Positions 55,837 to 64,000 of a DNA stretch of 64,000 nt are shown piece after piece. Positions within the stretch are counted from its first letter, which is position 1, and each line of letters starts with the position of its first letter. The notes beneath the pieces were generated by a model. The model was not told where the DNA came from. It saw nothing but the letters and a program-made list of their open reading frames with translations, and made no database searches. Both the position numbers and the translations under genes were made by a program. The stretch lies in the sequence record PQ464595.1. One strand, written 5' to 3'.

Positions 55837-56719
55837 ATTTTATTGTGTTCTCGTTAATTTGTGCTAACATGTTCCGAAATAAGTCTTTCTCATAAGGAGC
55901 AGTCTCAGACCTTTGCTGTACTAAAGTACGCAACTCTTCTAAACCATATTGGTAAGCAGTATATAACCCAGCATCTGGAATCATCAAGTCAATGAAGAAA
56001 CAGTTGTGGTCATTGTACAGATTAACAATACTCGCATCTTTCAGTTCTGGTAATTTAATGTTCTTCAACATATAACCGGATTTAGAATCTCCTTGACATA
56101 AGAACTCAACAGCACCATTAGTTAAGTGAAGTTGAATAGAACCATGACCAGATTCATATGGAAAATGAAATAGGCTTTTGGTACATACTCCCTTACTGTT
56201 ATAAGTCTCATACAACTCACAGCCAGTATAAGGGAAGATAATAGAATGGTCAGTTATCCCATTCTTCAGTATACGACGAGTGTAAGTATGAGAACCAAAA
56301 CAAATAGACTTATAAGTTCTGTCCTCATAGTTAACTTCTACATTTCGTTCACCGAAATGATACGATTTAGAATGAACTCTAGTTTCACCTTTCTTGTTTA
56401 TTTTAATCTTAGAATAAACATTCTTGAAACTGATTATCTCTTTAAAAGTACTTAAATGGTAGTACATACGATTTCCGAGAATATTAAATTCTCTCAATGT
56501 TGGCTGTACTAAACTACGGGCTTTGACAAAATGGTTTCCCTCGTATGGAATACTTTGGGCGAAGTTATATGTACCAGTTTGTGTCCTTGAACCACTCTGT
56601 CCTAACATAAGTGGTGAATCAATTGGACCATTGAAAATATGGTCTAAATGTTCTTTTAGTGAATGTGCTTTAAAGTCCAACAAAGTATTAACCCTTAGAA
56701 ACGTCAAAGGACGCATCAT
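55826..56719 (-). CDS. Hypothetical protein (likely start MMRPL)
   Basis: ORF track trimmed to the ATG with SD AAGGA inside a hairpin. Confidence 0.65.
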   Translation of the reverse strand: MMRPLTFLRVNTLLDFKAHSLKEHLDHIFNGPIDSPLMLGQSGSRTQTGTYNFAQSIPYEGNHFVKARSLVQPTLREFNILGNRMYYHLSTFKEIISFKNVYSKIKINKKGETRVHSKSYHFGERNVEVNYEDRTYKSICFGSHTYTRRILKNGITDHSIIFPYTGCELYETYNSKGVCTKSLFHFPYESGHGSIQLHLTNGAVEFLCQGDSKSGYMLKNIKLPELKDASIVNLYNDHNCFFIDLMIPDAGLYTAYQYGLEELRTLVQQRSETAPYEKDLFRNMLAQINENTIKYEA

Positions 56720-56867
56720 AGCGTCCTTTGTGTTTAGTTTTTCCATTCTTCGAATCTTTTTTACGATCAACATGCGTTGCTGCTTTGTTGAAAGTGTTCA
56801 TGTGCTTCGCAACGAAGTTCTGAACGTCAGGTACTTCAGAAGTACTTTTCTTCTTGGACTTAGCCAT
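56688..56867 (-). CDS. Small basic protein (59 aa, MAKSKKK...NFVAKHMNTFNKAATHVDRKK...KHKG)
   Basis: Hand translation; SD GGAG; the motif resembles small basic proteins of T4-like phages. Confidence 0.7.
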   Translation of the reverse strand: MAKSKKKSTSEVPDVQNFVAKHMNTFNKAATHVDRKKDSKNGKTKHKGRYDASFDVSKG

Positions 56868-56873
56868 TTGTAA

Positions 56874-57386
56874 TTACTCCACGTATGGGTTCTTTAGTGT
56901 TAAACTTTCTATGTCTTCAGCAGTAATCATAACATGTGGCTCTCCCTCTGTAAAGAGGAAATCGTGATAACTTTCACGTACCGTGAAATTATCCATGACA
57001 TAGCCTTTAGATAAGAACATCAAAATGTGCTTCTCGTCAGGTTTAGTATAGGTGTTTCTAAGTTTCTCCACTTCAGATTGTGGAGTCTTATCTTTGTTGT
57101 TACGCATCACGCATTCATTGAATTCTGTATTCATTGTCATGGGTGTTGCCATAATCCATTTATCAGTACTGTTAATCGTAACAGCAAAGCAATTACACAT
57201 TGGATTATTGAAAAATTCGTACATTGTCGAACTACATAGGAAAAGGCATTGTACAATGTCCTTTATATTAAACATAATCCCATGTACTTCAAAGGCTTCT
57301 TTAGTGATCACATCATCAATCGGCCCATTCTCTTTGTGAATAATATTCATGTGTTCACTCCCTTGAACTCTTTTAATGCACCGCAT
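56874..57386 (-). CDS. Hypothetical protein, late-promoter driven
   Basis: ORF track; TATAAATA at 57401..57408. Confidence 0.7.
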   Translation of the reverse strand: MRCIKRVQGSEHMNIIHKENGPIDDVITKEAFEVHGIMFNIKDIVQCLFLCSSTMYEFFNNPMCNCFAVTINSTDKWIMATPMTMNTEFNECVMRNNKDKTPQSEVEKLRNTYTKPDEKHILMFLSKGYVMDNFTVRESYHDFLFTEGEPHVMITAEDIESLTLKNPYVE

Positions 57387-57400
57387 CGGTGCTCTAAAAG

Positions 57401-57408
57401 TATTTATA
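57401..57408 (-). promoter_or_regulatory. T4-like late promoter TATAAATA
   Basis: Exact consensus, followed by a GCACCG/CGGTGC hairpin. Confidence 0.65.
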
Positions 57409-57430
57409 CTCGTCCTTGAGTACTGTTTTG

Positions 57431-57874
57431 TTATGATGTGGTTAATTTCCGCAAGAATTCCTCATGGACTCTACGGCACATCGTAATCGTTTCTTGCATT
57501 GTATCATAATCGAACTGAACTGGCAAGCCAAAAACAGAACCATTATTTGTAAACGCAGTTGGGAGTTCTTCTAAACTAAAGGAACCTTCAAAGAGATTAG
57601 TACTCAATTCGGTTCCCGCCTGAACGAAGAAAAATTCAGGACTATAACGTATTACAAGTTTCTTCTTGTCAATACCAATATTACACAAATCTTGTAAGTT
57701 CTGTGTGCGTACTTTTAACTTGTACACATTCTTACGAACTTCCTGAACATCCAAAGAGTATCCTTCACCTATGTAAAAGTTGTTCTTAGGAGCGAGTTCT
57801 AAACCATTGATGTTACTTAAAACATCCTGGATAATGAAATTGATTGGGTCGATATTCTCAATTATGTTCAGCAT
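57431..57874 (-). CDS. Orphan, divergent member of the FQxLT family
   Basis: SPEFFFVQAGT. Confidence 0.6.
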   Translation of the reverse strand: MLNIIENIDPINFIIQDVLSNINGLELAPKNNFYIGEGYSLDVQEVRKNVYKLKVRTQNLQDLCNIGIDKKKLVIRYSPEFFFVQAGTELSTNLFEGSFSLEELPTAFTNNGSVFGLPVQFDYDTMQETITMCRRVHEEFLRKLTTS

Positions 57875-58562
57875 TCTGTTCTTCCAATTTATGTACTAAT
57901 TTTCTATATTCTTCAATATGACGTTCATTAAAAATCCTGTCCATATTGATAGTCAAAGAGACATAATTACCAATCCAAAGATTTTCTAAAGTTCTTTGGA
58001 CTTCAATGAAGTATTCTTCTTCTGGTAAATCTACTTGAGTTAGTTTTTGGAAGTACCAAGCTTCATCATGTTCCAAATTATCATTTAATCTGTATTCAGT
58101 ACAGTCAAGTACGTTCATACCTCGATTCATTGGTGAATAAGAAAACTTATCCTGATTAACATGATTACCATCGTTAATATCACTGAAATGAATTAACGCA
58201 GCATCATGCCATGATTCGTGATTGTTCACTACGTACTTCATATAGAAGTGTACGCAATTATCCTGTACATATTGAATACGAAACATGCCACAATCAGAAT
58301 CAATCTCTTTGAACTCTGGATTTGAAATACAGTAGTTCTCAGCAATTTCCAGTAGTGGTAACATCTGTTCAACAAGAATTAATTCTTTAAGGAACGGATC
58401 ATCGCATTCATCATAACTGAATCGTGCCATGTGTTTCAAAATATCCATATCGACTGCTGCTGTTACTTCAGCATCAATCTCTGCTTGTAGCATTGCCATG
58501 AAGTCATCTTCATCTGGACTAGTAATAATGTCCCTGATAGCCTTCGAAAGTGAATTTTCCAT
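57858..58562 (-). CDS. Orphan, FQxLT family
   Basis: DEAWYFQKLTQVDLPEE. Confidence 0.75.
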   Translation of the reverse strand: MENSLSKAIRDIITSPDEDDFMAMLQAEIDAEVTAAVDMDILKHMARFSYDECDDPFLKELILVEQMLPLLEIAENYCISNPEFKEIDSDCGMFRIQYVQDNCVHFYMKYVVNNHESWHDAALIHFSDINDGNHVNQDKFSYSPMNRGMNVLDCTEYRLNDNLEHDEAWYFQKLTQVDLPEEEYFIEVQRTLENLWIGNYVSLTINMDRIFNERHIEEYRKLVHKLEEQNAEHN

Positions 58563-58953
58563 TTAGTATATCTTCCGCAATATCCATATGCATTGTGCTA
58601 TGGTCTAAAATTTTAATATTTGTTGTGTCAAAAAGACAGAATGATGGCATAATATCTGGTTCATATTCGTTGATATATTTAATAGAATCGAAATCGACAT
58701 TATCGCGTAAAAGTATATTGTGTAATTTACGCCAACCATCATCTGAACCTTCATCAAAGGATTCATACGGGTTAGTACTGATAAGCTCACACTGATGTAT
58801 GTGAATACTGTCAATGTAATGGCCTTTTCCACGCCCTTCATATAACTTACGCAGAGCACATTCAATAGCACTCTGGTATCCACCTACATGTAAACCACCA
58901 TAAGGAATATAGAATTCCTCAATCTTTACAGTACTAGCATGAAATACAATCAT
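58519..58953 (-). CDS. Putative ADP-ribosyltransferase-fold (ART-PolyVal-like) protein
   Basis: VFHAST...GLHVG...FDSIKYINEYE...SFCLFDTTNIKI. Confidence 0.45.
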   Translation of the reverse strand: MIVFHASTVKIEEFYIPYGGLHVGGYQSAIECALRKLYEGRGKGHYIDSIHIHQCELISTNPYESFDEGSDDGWRKLHNILLRDNVDFDSIKYINEYEPDIMPSFCLFDTTNIKILDHSTMHMDIAEDILNGKFTFEGYQGHYY

Positions 58954-59546
58954 ATTACCCTGAACCCTTCTAGTGTTTTTAAATTGAATAATTCCATATT
59001 GGAAATATTAATCATAATATCTTCTCGTAATAAATTAGGAAGAACTAGATTATAGTACCAGTTAACTTCTTGCTGGAATAATTCGTATGGAATAATGTTC
59101 TGTACTGTTAGCTGTTGGAAGAAATATTCTTCACCATATTCATCAAAGACTTCATTCGCATCAGAACTACTATTCAGTCCAATGTAACGCTTCTCCCAAT
59201 TCTTTGAATGATCTCCAACAACAATACATAAACTATCATTGTATCTACCATTGTACCACTGAAACTCACTGTCTGACAAGGAAAATTCAGCCCAAACCGC
59301 GTGTTCTCGTTTAATACTTTCTATATGAAATACTGGATATTCTGTATCCGTTTCATCATACACAGCAAAGTAATTAGGTCGCATTACAACATTCTGACCT
59401 GTTCTTCTGAAGTTAATGAATTCGAAATTGTAACTTTCTTCAGTATCTACCAAATGTGAATACTTTTCTTCCATCTGGAGATACAACTGATATACATAAC
59501 GAATCATGTAAAACGTTTCAGAAGTACTGAAATCTTCACGCTTCAT
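58950..59546 (-). CDS. Orphan, FQxLT family
   Basis: GEEYFFQQLTVQNIIP. Confidence 0.75.
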   Translation of the reverse strand: MKREDFSTSETFYMIRYVYQLYLQMEEKYSHLVDTEESYNFEFINFRRTGQNVVMRPNYFAVYDETDTEYPVFHIESIKREHAVWAEFSLSDSEFQWYNGRYNDSLCIVVGDHSKNWEKRYIGLNSSSDANEVFDEYGEEYFFQQLTVQNIIPYELFQQEVNWYYNLVLPNLLREDIMINISNMELFNLKTLEGFRVI

Positions 59547-60117
59547 CTAAGTACCTTTTTATTTGTTCTAAGAACGTACTCCAGTACTGTTCAGTGTAGG
59601 TAAAATTGAAACTCATTTTAAATGGAAGTTCTCTGATAGTATTGTGAATATCATCATATTCTTCCATGTCTTCAAAGTATGGAATATCGTGTAAAGTTAA
59701 TAACTGGAACATCCATTCCTCAGTAATCTGTTCTGGTAATATAGCAACTACATTACCTCCAGTACTCATAAAGTACGCATTACTCTCAGGAATGTTATTC
59801 ATAGAAATTTGATTATGTATCTTGGATATATTATTGAAAAACCAGGCCACATCATAGACAACACTTAATGAACATAGTGTTTGTACTGAGGCGGCAACAT
59901 GACAAATAGAACTTCTATTTAATGTGAAATTTATTTGCTTTTGATGGTGGGCTGGATTGTCAGATTCCTTAACACTAAAAGAATGTTGTATCTGATAGCC
60001 AGTACTCATATAATCATGATCAATATTAGTATCACTCGTTTTAAGAACGAATGGTTTATCTCTGAGCTTAGGTAGCTCCTTTACGATTTCATGTAATGAT
60101 TTTAGTACTTCTAACAT
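59536..60117 (-). CDS. Orphan, FQxLT family
   Basis: TEEWMFQLLTLHDIP. Confidence 0.75.
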   Translation of the reverse strand: MLEVLKSLHEIVKELPKLRDKPFVLKTSDTNIDHDYMSTGYQIQHSFSVKESDNPAHHQKQINFTLNRSSICHVAASVQTLCSLSVVYDVAWFFNNISKIHNQISMNNIPESNAYFMSTGGNVVAILPEQITEEWMFQLLTLHDIPYFEDMEEYDDIHNTIRELPFKMSFNFTYTEQYWSTFLEQIKRYLDEA

Positions 60118-60120
60118 AAA

Positions 60121-60729
60121 TCATAATCCCGCTGTTCTTCTTATTGCGTATTCTACTATCTTCAAAGAATCCTTTACCTTTTTCATCGAAGTACTATCAT
60201 TCAGCACAGTACTGAATTGATTAATACCATCTGACCCAGGTTCAGTAATTAATTGTAGAACACATTGATGGTCTTTCTTAATGTCCACGAAGTACTGATA
60301 TAATTCTTCTGAACTTAAATCTAACAAGGTTAAATTCTGGAAGTACTGTTCTTCTGGAATAGGATGATGAAGTACTTTAAGACGTTCACGGTCTTGTACC
60401 CATATCTTATTAGTATCTTGTACTTTACCAAAATTGATTCCAGTACCTTCTGATGAACCAAAGAATTGACAACAATCCCAACTATCATGCTCGAAGTCCA
60501 TGCTGTATTCGAACACGAAGTCCTTTCCGATCATCTTTAACTGTATCCAATATGAAGTACAAATTAATCTATAGGATAAGTCACCATGACTGCCACCCAT
60601 ATCAGTAGTACTGTAAGAACCTTTCTTTACTGTATCAAGTACTAAATTGTCTACAAGCTGAATTAAAACATTCTGTTCTTCATAAAACTGCTTCAATAAC
60701 TCACAATTTCTCACACGCTTCCCTCGCAC
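60121..60729 (-). CDS. Orphan, FQxLT family
   Basis: PEEQYFQNLTLLDLS. Confidence 0.75.
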   Translation of the reverse strand: MRGKRVRNCELLKQFYEEQNVLIQLVDNLVLDTVKKGSYSTTDMGGSHGDLSYRLICTSYWIQLKMIGKDFVFEYSMDFEHDSWDCCQFFGSSEGTGINFGKVQDTNKIWVQDRERLKVLHHPIPEEQYFQNLTLLDLSSEELYQYFVDIKKDHQCVLQLITEPGSDGINQFSTVLNDSTSMKKVKDSLKIVEYAIRRTAGL

Positions 60730-60820
60730 CGTTCCCGCCGCCCACTATACCTTGATCATAATAATGAGAAGCGGAAATTTTTTTAGGTTATTTTTTGAAC
60801 AGCTTTTTTAAGGTGAAGAC

Positions 60821-61519
60821 TTATTTATCTCCGTGAAAATCATCAAAATGTTCACGTTCTACCTTTGCCGCCCATTCTTCATCACGAGCATCAATCCGGT
60901 CTTTCTCAACCTGTATCAATCCATCCAAAACTTCCTGTACTGATTGTACCATACTTTCTTTGTTCGTTTCATCTATTTGATTCTCCGCAATCCATCCTGC
61001 GTTGAACGAATAAGCAATAAATTCTGAATTACCTTCCATTACATATTGTCCTGTACGCATGAACAAATCCATATTAATCTCTAACGGTACTGGAAACCTC
61101 GTTAACTCCTGAAACACTTGTTCCTCTTGTAATGGGTACTGTAACGAACATTGTTCAGATTTTTGTAAACCAATTGTGTGACTTATTAACAATGCGGTAC
61201 TATCTTTCCGGTACGTACTGAATCCTATGTTCTCACAATTCGAATCTAACCGGAAATGTGATGAACGCAAATTCTGTACTACTGTACCTGTATCGTAAAA
61301 ACCCGTACAATGAATTATCTCATAATCCGTGTCTTCACCTAACGCATAAGCATTAAATGTCATCCTGTCATCACGCACTCGCACTAAACGACAACGAACA
61401 CTACTGTTCGTGAATGCAATATCATTCATTACACCCGGCTCAAATGATTGAAGCATTTTTTTCAATACATCTTTGAACGCATCTTGTACGTAAAGGTTCT
61501 TAAACGTTGTCTGTACCAT
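60821..61519 (-). CDS. Orphan, FQxLT family (start MVQTTF)
   Basis: QEEQVFQELTRFPVP; SD AGGAG. Confidence 0.75.
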   Translation of the reverse strand: MVQTTFKNLYVQDAFKDVLKKMLQSFEPGVMNDIAFTNSSVRCRLVRVRDDRMTFNAYALGEDTDYEIIHCTGFYDTGTVVQNLRSSHFRLDSNCENIGFSTYRKDSTALLISHTIGLQKSEQCSLQYPLQEEQVFQELTRFPVPLEINMDLFMRTGQYVMEGNSEFIAYSFNAGWIAENQIDETNKESMVQSVQEVLDGLIQVEKDRIDARDEEWAAKVEREHFDDFHGDK

Positions 61520-62141
61520 TTCGCCGCTCCTGTATCTCTGCCTCAATAACTTCTATTAACTCTAATATCTCTTCTTCAGATAAAATATCCAGTACTCGAT
61601 AATCTAACTTCATCGTACAAAAGAAACCTTTTTGATCCCTCTCGTACTCAGTCATGTTGTGTGGATATACCTGTAAAGCAATTAACTGCGTCAGGACTTC
61701 ATTCATTGTATAACGTGTGAGGTTCTGAAAGATTATCGGATCAATTATATCTGATTCAAGACTTGTACCAGCCTGAAGTACTGGATATGTCTGAGCCATC
61801 TTATCTAATCTAGATAAACTTGCACGACGTATTCCACGACTCTGCCACCAAGTATAAGGCCATCGTGTAGGAAATATCGCTCTTACATCATCCCATATCT
61901 CAGGTTGGTATGGTTCGGTATTCGCATCGAAGTATAAAAATTCCGTACAACCCTCAAATGCTTTATCAAGCATCTCTATGTATGCTATGCTTGAATTGAC
62001 TGATGTACGATAATTTTTACCTGTACTTAACTGCTTAACCAGAAATGTAAATCCTAATCCTTCATCTAACCTGTACATACAATACAGGTCATCCAGTACT
62101 TTCATTAGTCGTACAATTTCATCAAACTTTGGAGGCTTCAT
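61500..62141 (-). CDS. Orphan, FQxLT family
   Basis: IDPIIFQNLTRYTM. Confidence 0.75.
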   Translation of the reverse strand: MKPPKFDEIVRLMKVLDDLYCMYRLDEGLGFTFLVKQLSTGKNYRTSVNSSIAYIEMLDKAFEGCTEFLYFDANTEPYQPEIWDDVRAIFPTRWPYTWWQSRGIRRASLSRLDKMAQTYPVLQAGTSLESDIIDPIIFQNLTRYTMNEVLTQLIALQVYPHNMTEYERDQKGFFCTMKLDYRVLDILSEEEILELIEVIEAEIQERRNGTDNV

Positions 62142-62754
62142 GTTCTAATCCTATTACAGTACTGTAATACAAATCTTTTAACGCAGCTTCACGTTCTTCA
62201 CCTAATCCAACATATGGTGCTAAGTTCACCACGTACTTCTGAATACCAACATCTTCATTGATAAGAACCTGATTCAGTAGTATAGCAGTTAAATCTACCA
62301 TACCATACTTAGTCATAAGCATGAATTCCATAACTTCTAATTCTTCTGGATCATTTTCATGAAGCATCTCAAATACCTTAGTAGGATGATTACCCTTCAT
62401 GAAGTAATAAGGGTTTTCTGCTTTTGGTAGAGTGTTAAGACGACGACCATCATAATTACTGATATATTGTGGCTGCTGTTCATGAGTAGTCATCGAAAAC
62501 ATTTGCTCACGATTGCTTTTATAAAGCCGAACACTATGAAAACTCAAATGAGCATTATCATAAGAAACATGGATATTACATAGTACCGTAGCACCAAACG
62601 CTTCGTAGTACTTAGATGTTGTATATTCAAAAGTACTTCCATATCCAGCTACCTTCATAGCCTCAATACGAGGAAACATTTTTAAGTACAGTTCACGTAA
62701 ATGAACAATCAGTGGATAGTGAAAATTAAGCGTCTGTAACATCATATTCTCCAT
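62122..62754 (-). CDS. Orphan, divergent FQxLT family member
   Basis: EELEVMEFMLMTKYG. Confidence 0.7.
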   Translation of the reverse strand: MENMMLQTLNFHYPLIVHLRELYLKMFPRIEAMKVAGYGSTFEYTTSKYYEAFGATVLCNIHVSYDNAHLSFHSVRLYKSNREQMFSMTTHEQQPQYISNYDGRRLNTLPKAENPYYFMKGNHPTKVFEMLHENDPEELEVMEFMLMTKYGMVDLTAILLNQVLINEDVGIQKYVVNLAPYVGLGEEREAALKDLYYSTVIGLEHEASKV

Positions 62755-63328
62755 TTAAGTACGGAACTAGTAAATCCAGTACTTGCTGTACATCTAAACT
62801 GTAATCTTTCAGTACCATCCCAATCGTTACTGCTGGGTGATCATTCTTACTGAGTACATTAATCATCTTCTCACACTGTTCATCCCATAGTGCGTAATCT
62901 TCTTCAGGTAACGTTTCCTGTACTGTCATACGCTGGAAGAAATATTCTTCAGGAAAAGGAAAAGAGATGAAAGTATGCTGCTGACCATTCCTACCATTCG
63001 TAGGATCGTACAGTGCGTAGTACCTTGGATGTGATTCTTTCCAGAACGCAATACGTATTCCATCAGTATTAAGGTCAAAAGTACTTAAGTATTGAGTACT
63101 CGTGTTAAAGGATATGCTGAATATAATGTCCTCTTGCCAACGACCACCGTTACCAAATAACTTTAAGATGTGCTGGTACTCAGTACCATCACTCCACCGT
63201 GCTACTGAAGCACTGAATTCATCAGTTAACTGAACAAAGGCTTTATCTTGAAAAGGTATCTTAGGTACAAGGTGTTCCCACGTTCCAAGAAACATTTCTT
63301 TTAGTTTTTCGTATTTGTCGTAGTCCAT
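62726..63328 (-). CDS. Orphan, FQxLT family
   Basis: PEEYFFQRMTVQETLPEEDY. Confidence 0.75.
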   Translation of the reverse strand: MDYDKYEKLKEMFLGTWEHLVPKIPFQDKAFVQLTDEFSASVARWSDGTEYQHILKLFGNGGRWQEDIIFSISFNTSTQYLSTFDLNTDGIRIAFWKESHPRYYALYDPTNGRNGQQHTFISFPFPEEYFFQRMTVQETLPEEDYALWDEQCEKMINVLSKNDHPAVTIGMVLKDYSLDVQQVLDLLVPYLNGEYDVTDA

Positions 63329-63329
63329 A

Positions 63330-63935
63330 TTAGATGTATCCTAACTCCGATGCTTTTTGAATAATCTGTTCTACAACACCTTTATATGACTCTAAATCAA
63401 TAGGTGCTTCAACATGCTTCCCGTAAATCATGAAAGTACGGTACTTCTCATTCTGTAAGTACTGAATGCTTTCTTTTAACGTTTCGAACATGCCGAGGCC
63501 GTTAGGTGAGTAGTACCCTGTATCAGAACCCTGGAGTACCACCATTCCCTGACCGACGAATGAATAACCTTCCAGTACTTCGTAATCGTATTCAGTGCGA
63601 AGCATACCAATACGAACGTGTGGATCAAAGAAGTCGCCGATTGTGATTGCGGAAGAATTGGCCTGAACAGTATATGTCACGGTAAGACCTATAGTACCGC
63701 CAAGTTCTAAAAGAGTATGTTCGACCTGATCGCTAAGAATGCTAGTACGACCACCCTGAAGTTTATCTTCGATTTGTAGAAGTAACTGAATCAGTGTTTC
63801 AGAGATTTTTAGGAATCGTGTGTAATAATCTTCGCCGAGGTTAATGAGGGATAAACCGTTATGAGCATTTTGTTTAATACGATTCAGGCGAGAATTCCAT
63901 TCACGATTAGCTAAGCCGCAAGCAGTGCTTTCCAT
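63330..63935 (-). CDS. Hypothetical protein
   Basis: ORF track; SD AAGGA. Confidence 0.7.
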   Translation of the reverse strand: MESTACGLANREWNSRLNRIKQNAHNGLSLINLGEDYYTRFLKISETLIQLLLQIEDKLQGGRTSILSDQVEHTLLELGGTIGLTVTYTVQANSSAITIGDFFDPHVRIGMLRTEYDYEVLEGYSFVGQGMVVLQGSDTGYYSPNGLGMFETLKESIQYLQNEKYRTFMIYGKHVEAPIDLESYKGVVEQIIQKASELGYI

Positions 63936-64000
63936 GTTATTTCCTTAATGTGGGATTAATTGTATAGGGTAATACTTATACCCCGTTTATAAGGGTGCTA

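Noticed and set aside
922-58883. Many plus-strand and alternate-frame ORFs in the track (e.g. 13872..14201, 24361..24711, 35179..35670, 56523..56873)
   Set aside because: They lie antisense to or inside well-supported genes, lack SDs and motifs, and look like shadow ORFs.
1-64000. CRISPR array, tRNA genes, stop-codon reassignment
   Set aside because: No regularly spaced repeats or T-arm/CCA signatures were seen, and known proteins are full length under the standard code.

Overview
This window is a 64-kb segment of an AT-rich (about 35% GC by eye) lytic jumbo myophage genome. The gene content and T4-like late promoters suggest an enterobacterial jumbo phage of the RaK2/GAP32/CBB type; this is inference, with no search run. 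Almost all genes are on the minus strand and densely packed. Only an Ig-domain virion gene and a free-standing HNH endonuclease gene are on the plus strand. Recognisable genes: two paralogous tail-fibre-like proteins, nrdD/nrdG, a DNA adenine methyltransferase next to a PD-(D/E)xK nuclease-like gene, tyrS, groES, three MazG-like proteins, PhoH, a NUDT16-like Nudix fusion, Sir2, an Acb1-like 2H phosphoesterase, the NAD salvage pair NAMPT + NadM-Nudix, dCMP deaminase, ClpP, DNA ligase, phosphatases, PNK, RNA ligase 1, three nucleotidyltransferases, a SpoT/Mesh1-like HD protein, a second methyltransferase and a long array of paralogous orphans. I found no tRNA or CRISPR array. Top leads: (1) a conserved, covarying hairpin/pseudoknot leader covering the ribosome-binding site of both NAD-salvage genes, a candidate phage riboswitch; (2) roughly tenfold over-representation of the palindrome AGTACT throughout the window; (3) a candidate structured ncRNA of about 580 nt at 52.1-52.7 kb; (4) a full-length NUDT16-like domain fused to a receiver-like phosphatase; (5) a tandem array of orphan genes sharing an EExxFQxLT motif.
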